Shown: positions 27,564 to 37,380, counted from the first letter of the stretch. The stretch is 45,166 nucleotides of DNA from Candidatus Roizmanbacteria bacterium CG09_land_8_20_14_0_10_41_9 (GCA_002774185.1 PEZG01000057.1:1-45166); one strand, 5' to 3'. The notes: generated by a model from the sequence alone, not told the origin. Made by a program: numbers and translations.

Positions 27564-29792
27564 ATGTTTGAAGAAAACTCAAAAGTCAAAACTTCCTCCT
27601 TCGCCAAGGCTTCGGAGGACAAGCGAAAGTCAAAACTGGATATCCCATTAAGTTTTTTTTACTACTCCCTCTTTATCCTTGCACCGTTCATCATGAATCC
27701 CTTAACTTCTGAGCTATTTGAATTCAACAAAATGATATTTATCTATGGCGTTACCGCATGTGTTCTATTTTTTTGGTGTCTAAAGATGATCCTAAATAGA
27801 GTCATTATCTTTAAACGAACCATGTTCGATATTCCTATTTTGCTATTCCTATTTTCTCAATTTGCGTCTACGCTATTTTCTATAGATCCCCACACATCCC
27901 TTTTTGGATATTATGGCCGGTTTAACGGGGGTCTTGTTTCCATTATAGCGTATATTGTTTTATTGTACGGGTTCGTTTCAAACTTCAGCACAAAAACCGT
28001 TATTCGCATATTAAAAGCGTCTCTTGTGGTATCTTTTTTTGTTATCCTTTGGGGGTTGTCTGCGAAAATAGGGTATGATCCGACCTGTTTTTTATTTACC
28101 GAACGCCTGACTAATTCTTGCTGGACAGATCAATTCAGACCTGCAGAGAGGATGTTTTCCACACTAGGGCAACCAAATTGGTTAGGAGCATACCTCGCGA
28201 TCAATTTTTTCGTTGGACTTTTCTTTCTTGTGACAGGATTCGTAAAGGAAAAAAACCATAAGAATATATCAACTCTCCTTCTATATTTGTACCTCCTTTT
28301 TAATTTTATCGGCATCCTATTCACTCGATCCCGCTCCTCCCTGGTCGCTGTGTTAGTAGGAGTCCTGATTTTTATCATATATGTTTTTTTCCAATGGAAA
28401 GACAGCATAGGTCAACCAGTAGTCAAGAAATTTATCCTCTTCGTATGCCCCTTTATCCTGATAGTTTTAGTCTTTAAAACCGGCATACAGTCTATAGATA
28501 AATACCTATCTATTCGCACCTATCTCAATACGCCAAAAGTTACACCCGCCATTGGGAAAACGCAAGGTAATGTGACAGAATCCTTCGATATACGAAAAAT
28601 CGTATGGCAGGGTGCAATAAACTTAGGAAAAAAGTACCCATTTTTCGGTACGGGAGTTGAAACGTTTGCGTATTCGTACTACTTCGTGAGACCAAGCGAA
28701 CACAATCTTACATCAGAATGGGACTATCTATATAACAAGGCTCATAACGAATTTCTTAACTATTTCGCTACCACAGGGTATGTGGGGCTGCTATCCTATT
28801 GCCTAGTTATCGTAACAGTTGTAGGATATGGAATATGTAGGATACGGTCAAAAGAAGAAAGTCAGACGAAAAAACTCTTTTTCCTCTCGCTTCTTTTATC
28901 ATATCTCTCCATCCTGATCACCAACTTTTTCGGATTCTCAACAACAACGATAAACCTATTTTTCTATCTCATTCCGGGATTCTTCCTTCTGACCAGTGAC
29001 CAATTTTCCCAGCCCCCCTCTTCCCCACCGTTGGAAACACAGGGAGACAATCTTAAAGAAAAAGGGAAAAAACTCATCATGGTCCTGTTGACGATGTCCA
29101 CATTCGGTTTTATCATTCTAAGCCTAGTGTTCTATGTGCTAGCGGATATCCAATTTGCCGAGTCGGAAACGCTTGCGAAATCAGGAGACTATCAAAACGC
29201 CTCGACAATTTTAAATATGGCTCTGAAATACCGATACGAGCACGTGTATGAAGACAAATTATCGCATAACTTGGCAAACTTAGCGTTTCTCGCTTCGTAT
29301 GAAAAAAAGATGGATCTTGCTAAAAAGTTAATAGAACTTTCCAAATACTACAATCTTAAAAGCATACGCGCTTCGTCGTCGAATGTACTTTACTGGAAGA
29401 CAAAGGCTAAAAATTACTACCTGTACTACCAGTCGGATTTAGATACCAAAAATCTTGAGGAAGCGATAGCTGCGATAAAAACTGCGGGAAAATTCTCACC
29501 TACAGACCCAAAAATCCCCTACAGTCTCTCGGTTTTTTATTCCTTGCTTTTTGATGAAGTGAAAGACGCAAAAAAACGCGAGGTATTAGAAAAAGCTTCA
29601 ATGAATGAAATCGAACATGCTACGGTTCTTAAACCTGACTACCGGGATGCCTATTTTCTTAAGGCGCAGCTTTACGAAAAGTATGGTCAACAAGATGCAG
29701 CCATACGTATATACCGATATATCCTTAACATAATTGATAAGAATGACGAAGAAATAAAAGATCAACTGAATAGGCTGGAAAGCAAACCGTGA
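27564..29792 (+). CDS. O-antigen-ligase/PglL-like (Wzy_C) membrane protein with C-terminal TPR-like repeats
   Basis: R.FSTLGQPNW, TRSRS, R..VW, FFGTG.E.F, AHNE.L....TTG..G; promoter TTGATT-16-TAAAAT 7 nt upstream of the ATG. Confidence 0.8.
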   Translation: MFEENSKVKTSSFAKASEDKRKSKLDIPLSFFYYSLFILAPFIMNPLTSELFEFNKMIFIYGVTACVLFFWCLKMILNRVIIFKRTMFDIPILLFLFSQFASTLFSIDPHTSLFGYYGRFNGGLVSIIAYIVLLYGFVSNFSTKTVIRILKASLVVSFFVILWGLSAKIGYDPTCFLFTERLTNSCWTDQFRPAERMFSTLGQPNWLGAYLAINFFVGLFFLVTGFVKEKNHKNISTLLLYLYLLFNFIGILFTRSRSSLVAVLVGVLIFIIYVFFQWKDSIGQPVVKKFILFVCPFILIVLVFKTGIQSIDKYLSIRTYLNTPKVTPAIGKTQGNVTESFDIRKIVWQGAINLGKKYPFFGTGVETFAYSYYFVRPSEHNLTSEWDYLYNKAHNEFLNYFATTGYVGLLSYCLVIVTVVGYGICRIRSKEESQTKKLFFLSLLLSYLSILITNFFGFSTTTINLFFYLIPGFFLLTSDQFSQPPSSPPLETQGDNLKEKGKKLIMVLLTMSTFGFIILSLVFYVLADIQFAESETLAKSGDYQNASTILNMALKYRYEHVYEDKLSHNLANLAFLASYEKKMDLAKKLIELSKYYNLKSIRASSSNVLYWKTKAKNYYLYYQSDLDTKNLEEAIAAIKTAGKFSPTDPKIPYSLSVFYSLLFDEVKDAKKREVLEKASMNEIEHATVLKPDYRDAYFLKAQLYEKYGQQDAAIRIYRYILNIIDKNDEEIKDQLNRLESKP
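27576..27637. repeat. Heptamer units with REP-like palindrome TCCTCCTTCGCCAAGGCTTCGGAGGA inside the 5' end of a CDS
   Basis: AACTCAA-AAGTCAA-AACT[palindrome 27594-27619]...AAGCGA-AAGTCAA-AACT. Confidence 0.7.
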
Positions 29793-29793
29793 G

Positions 29794-30264
29794 TTATGGA
29801 GTAGTGTTCGTGCTCGAAATACCATACTTACACGGTGATCCATTACAGCAGGACGTTCCCGTATAACCGTCTTGATCGACTCCACTTCCCGCATCATTCG
29901 CATTCTCAATGCATGAATACAACTGATACGATGATCTATCACCGGAGACAACATATTCATAATCAAAAGAAGAAGTAGGGTCGGGAGGGATAATCTGCAT
30001 GTATATTTTTCCGCCCGCTCCTGTCAAAACTCCTCCGGCCGCTATGCTTGGGGGGTATTGCCGATTGTCTTCATAATACATTTCCAGAGCTTTCTGAATA
30101 TGCTCTAGATCAGATTTTCTTTTCGCATCCCTTCCCTTTACCATTGAGGTGACAAAATTACCCGAGATCATTGCCGCAAGCACTCCAAGAATGGCAATCA
30201 CAACCAATAGTTCAAGGAGCGTAAAAGAAAGTTCTGATAATACTCTATTACGAAGTACTCTCAT
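29794..30264 (-). CDS. Type IV pilin / GspG-like protein
   Basis: [26 protein letters not shown]. Confidence 0.88.
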   Translation of the reverse strand: MRVLRNRVLSELSFTLLELLVVIAILGVLAAMISGNFVTSMVKGRDAKRKSDLEHIQKALEMYYEDNRQYPPSIAAGGVLTGAGGKIYMQIIPPDPTSSFDYEYVVSGDRSSYQLYSCIENANDAGSGVDQDGYTGTSCCNGSPCKYGISSTNTTP

Positions 30265-30328
30265 ATACTAATACAGTATCATATTATAAAAAATATTCCA
30301 ATATGGATAGGTTTTCATTATAATACCC

Positions 30329-32569
30329 ATGACACTTAACCGTATGTTCAAATCGTTTTTAAAAAAGGGATGGCCTATCATAATGCTCATCATCCTGAAC
30401 GGGATCTTTTTTGCCCCCCTTTTTTTTCCCAACCTGAAACTCATCGTTACCCCCGAATACGGAGGAGGAGATGAGACGATCTTTCACTATCCGGTAAAAT
30501 TTTTTTTAAAAGAATCGTATCGGAAAGGCATCGTGGTTCCATTTTGGAGTAAAGATATCGGAGCAGGGTACCCCCTATACGCTCAACAGGAATCGGGATT
30601 CTTGAATCCGATCAATTACCTTACCATTCGTTTTCTTCCATTCGTCACATCGATCAATTTCCAAATTTACCTCTATTTCCTTATTCTCTTAACCTCTTCC
30701 TATTACCTCGCTAGAACTCTCGGACTTCAAAAGATGACTTCCATGTTCTTCTCTACAGTTTATGCCTATTCTTTTTTCATCATTACGAACATCATCCATT
30801 TTTCCCACATGGCGAGTTTTGTTTTTTTCCCGATACTGTTTGCGTTGGTTCTCCGGTATTTGCAGGAATCCGAATCACGAAATAATTATTTGGTTTTCTT
30901 TATTTTTGTTTCTTTTTTGCAGTTAACAGCAGGTCATATTCAATATTCCTGCTATACTCACTTATTCATCGTGTCCTATGTGGTTCTTTTTTGGCGTTTT
31001 GAGCGGGATCCGGCTAAAAGGAAGAGAATTTTTTCAAAAGGTATATACCTCGTTGCATCCTATGGTGTTATTTTTTTGCTTTCCGCAGTGCAGCTTTTCC
31101 CCACGTATGAATTTTATGCGGCATCGAATCGCGAGGCCATTCCCCTAACCTCACGATCTGTCTCGTCCAATCTCAGTTTGAGCAGTCTACTGACTTTCTT
31201 CTATCCCTTCTTATTCTACTCTCCCTCTTTGGTGAGGAACTCCTTATTCGATTATACCCCGCCTTGGGACGGGAATTATTATTATGGGATCCCCCCATTC
31301 CTATTTCTCTTCCTGCTGGCAATTCCAACTCTGAGGAGTCGGATATTCAAACGGGCCCGGTACCGATATATTTTTTTACTACTTCTTTTCTTTTTCATCC
31401 TCCTGTCTTTTGGAGCGAATTCGCCACTTTACTTATTATTCTATATGCCCCCGCTTTCTTTTTTCAGAGTGAGCGGACGGTTTGTTTTATTTGTTGTGTT
31501 CCTTTGTGTTTTATTCTCATCGTTTGTGTTTGAAGAACTATATAAAAAAAAGAACCAGGTGTTGCGTTTTGGCTTAATTCTGGTAACCCTCATAAACTTT
31601 GTCCTCAACATGTTACTCATGTATACGTTCCATACATTTCAGGATGAAAAAGGGTTTTTTTCACAAGGGAAAACCATACGATATCTCAAAGAATCCGAGT
31701 CGAAGAGGATTCTGAATCCGTTTTATTTTTCCGAGGTGCTCCCGAACATCCTATACGTCAAGGGTATCCTGAGAAACATTCCCGTCTACTCTGAGATAAT
31801 AAAAAACGGACTCCCTCTTGATTACAATCTGTTCTACGGGATATCCCACGTGAATGAATCCACATCCGCATTCAACCTTTTTCGACATAAGCTATACCTT
31901 TTCCTGGTGGAATCCAATGTAAATTATCCTGAGAGACTGGAAACGTATGAAACTCCGTTGTCAGAATCCGCAAAAAATTTACTTTACTATGCGGCGGTGG
32001 ACACGATTCTCTCGCCTTATGCATTAAAGGATACTGATACCTATCTTCGCCTAAAAGAAAAAATACCCTCTTTTCTTCCCAAACTAAACTATTTTATTTA
32101 TGAGGTGAAAGGTAAAAAGAACCGTGTTCAGTTCTACACAAAGTACATGAGGATATCTACATTTAAAGATTTTCAAGAAACAACTTCAGAGGACCAGGAT
32201 GTCAAAGACACGGTCTTTATCGAAGAAGATTCCAAAGGGGCAATAAAAACCATTGGTACGACGGGTCAGTTGGATGCCTCATACTTTACGGAGGTTGATG
32301 AGAATGAGTATCTGCGTATAAAAACGAAGACTAGTGACGAGAGCATTCTTGTACTAGCGGATACCTTTTATCCCGGGTGGGAACTGTATATCGACGGGAA
32401 GAAAACTTCCATATTTCATGCCAATATTCTATTCAGGGGGACATTTCTTCCTCGAGGAACCCATAGGGTCGAATATGTTTATAAACCGGTATCTTTTTAT
32501 TACGGTCTCGTTGTGAGTTTGGTAACGATTGTAGGTTTTATTGCCTTTCTTTTTAGGAAGAGGAATTAG
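30329..32569 (+). CDS. YfhO-family GT-C membrane protein
   Basis: P.W.....G.P, GH.Q, LSAVQL.P, C-terminal LAD..YPGW...IDG, G.H.VE..Y.P. Confidence 0.75.
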   Translation: MTLNRMFKSFLKKGWPIIMLIILNGIFFAPLFFPNLKLIVTPEYGGGDETIFHYPVKFFLKESYRKGIVVPFWSKDIGAGYPLYAQQESGFLNPINYLTIRFLPFVTSINFQIYLYFLILLTSSYYLARTLGLQKMTSMFFSTVYAYSFFIITNIIHFSHMASFVFFPILFALVLRYLQESESRNNYLVFFIFVSFLQLTAGHIQYSCYTHLFIVSYVVLFWRFERDPAKRKRIFSKGIYLVASYGVIFLLSAVQLFPTYEFYAASNREAIPLTSRSVSSNLSLSSLLTFFYPFLFYSPSLVRNSLFDYTPPWDGNYYYGIPPFLFLFLLAIPTLRSRIFKRARYRYIFLLLLFFFILLSFGANSPLYLLFYMPPLSFFRVSGRFVLFVVFLCVLFSSFVFEELYKKKNQVLRFGLILVTLINFVLNMLLMYTFHTFQDEKGFFSQGKTIRYLKESESKRILNPFYFSEVLPNILYVKGILRNIPVYSEIIKNGLPLDYNLFYGISHVNESTSAFNLFRHKLYLFLVESNVNYPERLETYETPLSESAKNLLYYAAVDTILSPYALKDTDTYLRLKEKIPSFLPKLNYFIYEVKGKKNRVQFYTKYMRISTFKDFQETTSEDQDVKDTVFIEEDSKGAIKTIGTTGQLDASYFTEVDENEYLRIKTKTSDESILVLADTFYPGWELYIDGKKTSIFHANILFRGTFLPRGTHRVEYVYKPVSFYYGLVVSLVTIVGFIAFLFRKRN

Positions 32570-34551
32570 AATTTCTTCAACGGGAGACGCTCCATATTTT
32601 TCTTTTCATTGTATATCTCCAAAAGATCGTAAACGTTTTTATTTTCCTGATCGCAGAAATAGTAGTACTTGAGAATTGCGGCAAGCTCACTGCTATCCAA
32701 AAGAGTTTTCCTCTTGAGATATTTCTTAACAAGGGGCAATCCCAGATTGCATGTTTTTTGCGCTGTATAGATTTCTAGTCGCAGTTTATCCATGTAAGGA
32801 GATTCCAGTTTAAGCGTATCTGAGATAAAGTTGAGGTAACCTAGCGCCTGTGCGTCGTATCCGTTTTTCTTAAGGAACGCGCAATAGAGTTCGAGAGCAC
32901 TTCCATACGTTTGACGGATGCTCTCCAAATGGAGGATTTTGCCATCAGACATAAAAGTGTGAGGAAATCCATAGGTATGCTTCCATAACGTGCGGTTTAT
33001 CGCGACAATGTTTTCTATATCTTCGACTGCTTTTTCCTCAGTTGGGTAATATTTCCAAAGAAGACCGTAGGGTAACCAAGAACCGCTAGGTGCCTGGCTT
33101 TCGAAAAAGATCTTATAGTTTTCGTTGTTTTTTTCCAGGAATTCTTTCAAGAATAACTGTTGGGATGATGTGGAGGGAAAAAATAACTGAGGGTAGTTTT
33201 TTTTCAGTTTCTCAATGTAGTATGGCCGGGCGAAAAGATCAGGGAAAATGAATATCAGATCTGTCCGGTACTTTTCAACGTAGTAATAATATGCGGTTGT
33301 GAAAAATCCTACGTCCGATTTCATGGCAAGAATAGAGTTTTTAGGAGGGGTGTCAAGAACGTTTTTTGCATACGTTTCAAATTCCGTAATATTCTTTAGT
33401 TTTCGAATACTTTTAAAGTTGGACCAGAATACGATAGCAAAATAAGCAAGAAAAAAAATGATCATAAGGAAGTGGGTAAACTGTTTTATCCGCTTGTTTA
33501 CAATATTTACATTAAAAAAAATCATTGCTTTCTCGTATGCATACTGGATACCCAAAGCAAATGGGAATATGAGAATGGCATAAAGAGGAATCAGAAACCG
33601 TTCGAATGTCGCTACGATAAATGGACCCTGAAGGGGAAAATTACTGTAAAAATAGAAGAAAAGATGCGAGAAAATGCCCAGCGTTACAAAATAGAAAAAA
33701 GAGCGGCTCTTTTTATATAAATTCAACAATCCCAAAAGGATAAAAACGATTCCAATGATCCGGAAATCCTGAATAAGGAAAATCAGGGTAGAAAAGGAAT
33801 TAAAAATTTGGTTTATAAGATGGGGTTGTGAAGTCGAAAATGCCTTGAATGTGCCATACGATGATCGGGTGATTAACCGTATGAGTCCATCAAGAGTCTT
33901 TGCATTTTCCCAATCGATGGGAGGATTGAAAAAGCTTGCTATAGGGGCATAGATAAAAAAAGAAAATCCTAAGAGAAAAAATATCAACCCTTTCCTTATT
34001 CTCTTCTTAAATATCGAAACGCTATCTTTTATCATCATGTACCATCCGGGTAGGAATAAAACCACCGTATGGTGGTGGGCGAACGTCATTCCGAGAAAAA
34101 AACACGCAACGAAAAACAGATTTTTGTTACGGGTTTTCTTAAGACGAAGTATCGCTAAGGTGATCATAAGGGAAAGAGCAGTATGGAGTGCGAATACCTC
34201 AGGAACCTCCGCATACAGCCAAACGGGAAAAAGAAAGGAAAAGAACAAACCAGAAAATAGGGAAAGATACTTATTCCTAGATATCTCAAGGACGATAGCA
34301 TAAATTAAAACCGTTGAAAGAATCGTTGGTACGATAGAGAGGAGATTCGCAGGGACGTAGGGAGGAGCAAAAAAGAGCACCGTTCTTACGGTGTTTACCA
34401 ACAAGCTATACAGAGGATATCCTGGGGGGTGCGCTATACTCCACGTATGAGCAACCGTACTGTATTCGGAACTATCACCCAAAAAAATATAGGTAGATTG
34501 AAACCAGCTAAACAAAAAAAACTGAATAATCGAAGTTAATAAAACCAACAT
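32566..34551 (-). CDS. DUF2723 / TMEM260-like GT-C membrane protein
   Basis: GDS.E, IAHPPGYPLY, EVFAL, HHHT. Confidence 0.8.
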   Translation of the reverse strand: MLVLLTSIIQFFLFSWFQSTYIFLGDSSEYSTVAHTWSIAHPPGYPLYSLLVNTVRTVLFFAPPYVPANLLSIVPTILSTVLIYAIVLEISRNKYLSLFSGLFFSFLFPVWLYAEVPEVFALHTALSLMITLAILRLKKTRNKNLFFVACFFLGMTFAHHHTVVLFLPGWYMMIKDSVSIFKKRIRKGLIFFLLGFSFFIYAPIASFFNPPIDWENAKTLDGLIRLITRSSYGTFKAFSTSQPHLINQIFNSFSTLIFLIQDFRIIGIVFILLGLLNLYKKSRSFFYFVTLGIFSHLFFYFYSNFPLQGPFIVATFERFLIPLYAILIFPFALGIQYAYEKAMIFFNVNIVNKRIKQFTHFLMIIFFLAYFAIVFWSNFKSIRKLKNITEFETYAKNVLDTPPKNSILAMKSDVGFFTTAYYYYVEKYRTDLIFIFPDLFARPYYIEKLKKNYPQLFFPSTSSQQLFLKEFLEKNNENYKIFFESQAPSGSWLPYGLLWKYYPTEEKAVEDIENIVAINRTLWKHTYGFPHTFMSDGKILHLESIRQTYGSALELYCAFLKKNGYDAQALGYLNFISDTLKLESPYMDKLRLEIYTAQKTCNLGLPLVKKYLKRKTLLDSSELAAILKYYYFCDQENKNVYDLLEIYNEKKNMERLPLKKF

Positions 34552-34574
34552 CCTTGTATTCTACACGATTCTTT

Positions 34575-35087
34575 TTATTTCACGCACCAAACACATGCAA
34601 AGGTGGGGCTAGATGCTGGTCCGCAGTCTGCATCTTTATCTGCGACTTCCGTCATATCGCTTTCGAGGAATTTGGTATTCGGATCCGTTCTAAAGGACTT
34701 TGATGCGGGTTTAAAGCAAACTGTTACTGTTTGGTCTGTACCGGCAAGCTTGATTCTTCCGAGTTGCCCCTTTGCGAGAGTAGAAAAATCCGCTTTTAAC
34801 TCCCCGGAATCAATGATAGCGGAGAGATTTACATCAGTGTAACCCGTGGAAAGATCACTGACGGATATTGTGGAAGCAGGTGCCCATGGCATCTGGCTTC
34901 TGATGGCATAATATCGAATAACAGCTCCATGAACTTCTGAAACAGTATTTCTTATCCCGGTATCATCACCTTTTTTCAGCTGCTCAAACGGATCCAGAGC
35001 TGCCATAAGGCCTACTGCTAATGCACCAAGAAGAGCAATCACGATCAAAAGTTCAATAAGGGTAAACCCAAACTTAGAGTTTTTCAT
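34575..35087 (-). CDS. Type IV pilin-like protein
   Basis: [15 protein letters not shown]; start ATG 35087 after TTGACA-17-TATGAT. Confidence 0.88.
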   Translation of the reverse strand: MKNSKFGFTLIELLIVIALLGALAVGLMAALDPFEQLKKGDDTGIRNTVSEVHGAVIRYYAIRSQMPWAPASTISVSDLSTGYTDVNLSAIIDSGELKADFSTLAKGQLGRIKLAGTDQTVTVCFKPASKSFRTDPNTKFLESDMTEVADKDADCGPASSPTFACVWCVK

Positions 35088-35182
35088 ATTATTTTCATCA
35101 TAGATATCTTTTTTCCGCTTGTCAAGAGGTATTTTGGGCAATTATCCCTTGACATCACGTAGAAATCTGCTATACTATTATT

Positions 35183-36058
35183 ATGTTAAACACTTTTACC
35201 CTTTCTGACTTTCTAAAAAAGTATAAGACTAATGAAGATTGTTTAGAGGAAATCAAAAATATCATCTATTCAAATGGGGTTAAATGTAAGATATGTAAGA
35301 AAATAACCCCTCATTACAAAATAAAAAGTAAAAAGGTTTATTCTTGTCAAAACTGTGGAACACAGGTAAGTCCTTTGGCAAATACTATATTTCACAAGTC
35401 TTCAACCGACCTTTTGGATTGGTTTTATGCAATTTACCTTATTACTCAAACCAGAGGCGGACTTCCAGCTCTTGAACTTCAAAGAATGTTAGGTTGTAGT
35501 TATAAAACCGCTTGGAGAATGGGACATCAGATAAGAAAACTAATGACTGATGAAGAGAAAGGTTTGCTTTCAGGTGACGTTGAGGTTGACGAGACTTTTG
35601 TAGGTGGAAAAGGATTTAACAGAATAAAAGTTGATTTTACGGAAAGACCTAAAGAGGTCGTTATGGGAATGGTTGAACGGGGAGGAAAACTGCGAGCAAA
35701 ACATATTGAAACGACTGGAAAGTGGGCTCTACGGGAACAAATTGAGAAACACATTGATCCAAAAGCTCGTGTTTTTACTGACCAGTTTGCAGGCTATCAT
35801 CAACTACGAAAGCTCGGTTATAGTCATTACAGCGTAAATCACGGGAAGTTTCAGTATAGAAAAGGTGACGCATACACACAGAACATTGAAAACGTATGGA
35901 GCCATTTGAAGCGTGGAATTAACGGAGTTTATCACCACGTATCAAAGAAACATTTACAAGCTTACGTTGATGAGTTTACGTTCAGATACAATAACAGAAA
36001 GTCAGAAGATATGTTTGCTCTCGTCTTAAACAGAGTAGTTAGCGTGAGGCGAAAATAG
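35183..36058 (+). CDS. IS1595-family DDE transposase
   Basis: Zn ribbon, TIFHKS, YKTAWRM, VEVDETFVGG, TD...Y, TQNIENVWS.LKR, YVDEF.FRYN. Confidence 0.95.
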   Translation: MLNTFTLSDFLKKYKTNEDCLEEIKNIIYSNGVKCKICKKITPHYKIKSKKVYSCQNCGTQVSPLANTIFHKSSTDLLDWFYAIYLITQTRGGLPALELQRMLGCSYKTAWRMGHQIRKLMTDEEKGLLSGDVEVDETFVGGKGFNRIKVDFTERPKEVVMGMVERGGKLRAKHIETTGKWALREQIEKHIDPKARVFTDQFAGYHQLRKLGYSHYSVNHGKFQYRKGDAYTQNIENVWSHLKRGINGVYHHVSKKHLQAYVDEFTFRYNNRKSEDMFALVLNRVVSVRRK

Positions 36059-36158
36059 CCCTCTGAAGTATTTTATCAAAGAAATTTTTATCCGCAGTCT
36101 TTCTCATTTTTTTTACTTTTATAATAAATGCCTTCCTTTTTTGTCTAGGGGTTTTCAT
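36039..36158 (-). CDS. Small basic 39-aa ORF (MKTPRQKRKAFIIKVKKMRKTADKNFFDKILQRAIFASR)
   Basis: ATGA-coupled to the upstream ORF; overlaps the transposase 3' end convergently. Confidence 0.45.
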   Translation of the reverse strand: MKTPRQKRKAFIIKVKKMRKTADKNFFDKILQRAIFASR

Positions 36159-36553
36159 AATTGTATTTTACTAATTTCTTTTTTCAATTCACCATTCAAA
36201 GGTCTTTTTATAATGTCATCTTTCAGCTTCTTTTTATCGGTCTCGTTTAATGACAGATTCAAGTCATCTATGTAAAGTTCAAAATTATCATGTTCTTTTG
36301 CACCGTCACCATGAAAACAAGCTCTTCCTGCATACTCAGGTGTTTCTAAAATTACATACAGATACGTTACCGACTGTTCCATGGGTGTTCTTGAACCTAC
36401 CCTTGCTAGATAATCTGCTCTTTGTTCTACTCATTTTGTCAATTCAGCTGGAAAAATCCTAGCGGCATATTTACCACTTTCAGCATCTGCGAGGTATACA
36501 TAGATCTCACCTTTGTATTTGAAGATATCGCCAAAGGTAAGTGATAGTTTCAT
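36155..36553 (-). pseudogene. 132-codon putative toxin with a single in-frame TGA at codon 41
   Basis: ATG 36553 overlaps the Panacea stop (ATGA); MKLSLTFGDIFKYKGEIYVYLA...ELTK*VEQR... continues in frame into the 36382 ORF. Confidence 0.7.
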
Positions 36554-37092
36554 AACATTATTTTCATAAGCAATTCTATATCCTCTTTTTCTACTAGGCA
36601 GTCTTCATCCTCTGCGGCAATTGTATATGGTATCACTTCTAGCATATCTGTTTTTCTATATGACGCTTCTCTATGTGAAGCTTTTTCTATAAAAGCAGTG
36701 TTTTTGTCTCCATATCTTACACATACCTTTTCAAGTATTTCTAATTCTGATTTTGAAAAAAGATCAGCATCTTTTTGCGTAAATTTTCTTACAGGTAAAA
36801 TACGATACATACCAAATCCCTTTTCTCTTTCGCATTTTATAGTATCAAATAAAATTGACTCGTCTATATTTTCACAAGCTGTGTCCACAAGGCTTTTTAT
36901 TGTTGAAGGAATTGGCCCATGTTCCAGCTTGACATAAGTGTCGTAAGTTATAGGTGAGCCAAACTGTTTTAAGTGAGTAAAATCAGCGAAATAAAACAGT
37001 TTCATTAGTTTTGTTTTTCCTAAAAAAGTAGTGTCTGTATAATTGCAAAAATAAAGCAGTATTGCTTTAAGTTTGGCTGTTGGAATTTTCAT
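36550..37092 (-). CDS. Panacea / DUF4065 (SocA/GepA-like) antitoxin
   Basis: KTKLMKL.Y.AD, IT...Y.....GPIP, LE.V...YG, SH.E. Confidence 0.88.
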   Translation of the reverse strand: MKIPTAKLKAILLYFCNYTDTTFLGKTKLMKLFYFADFTHLKQFGSPITYDTYVKLEHGPIPSTIKSLVDTACENIDESILFDTIKCEREKGFGMYRILPVRKFTQKDADLFSKSELEILEKVCVRYGDKNTAFIEKASHREASYRKTDMLEVIPYTIAAEDEDCLVEKEDIELLMKIML

Positions 37093-37125
37093 AGTTGTGT
37101 ATGTCTAGGCCTTATAACAACCTAA

Positions 37126-37154
37126 ATTATACCAAACTTCAGCGTGTTTAACAA
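37126..37154 (-). promoter_or_regulatory. Promoter of the passenger operon
   Basis: TTGTTA-17-TATAAT with extended TG. Confidence 0.6.
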
Positions 37155-37300
37155 GTACGTTATTATACAATACAGTATAACACTTTTGGCCAAACGATTG
37201 TCAAGTCTTTGTTGAGTAATACTTTAATGAACTTATAATTTTATGGAAATTGAAGCAGGCACGTACGTTACACGCCTACCCAATCGCCGTATTTTGAGCA

Positions 37301-37380
37301 AATTTAAAATTCAAAATTCAAAGTTTAAAATTTTTAATTTTAAACTGCAACTTTCAACTTTGCACTTTTAACTTTAAACT
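37301..37380. repeat. Palindromic heptamer array
   Basis: AATTTAA-AATTCAA-AATTCAA-AGTTTAA | TTTAATT-TTAAACT-GCAACT-TTCAACT-TTGCACT-TTTAACT-TTAAACT. Confidence 0.8.

Larger units (their letters stand above)
35137..37288 (+). mobile_element. IS1595-family transporter IS with passenger genes (element 2, 2152 bp)
   Basis: 8-bp TSD GTATTTTG at 35129-35136 and 37289-37296; ends GGCAATT...TCACGTA / GGCGATT...TAACGTA. Confidence 0.9.

Noticed and set aside
36431..36433. TGA recoding (code 25 Gly or selenocysteine)
   Set aside because: TGA terminates many conserved genes here (rnj, recR, rpsB, tsf) and no SECIS-like hairpin was recognised; a nonsense mutation or sequencing error is more likely.
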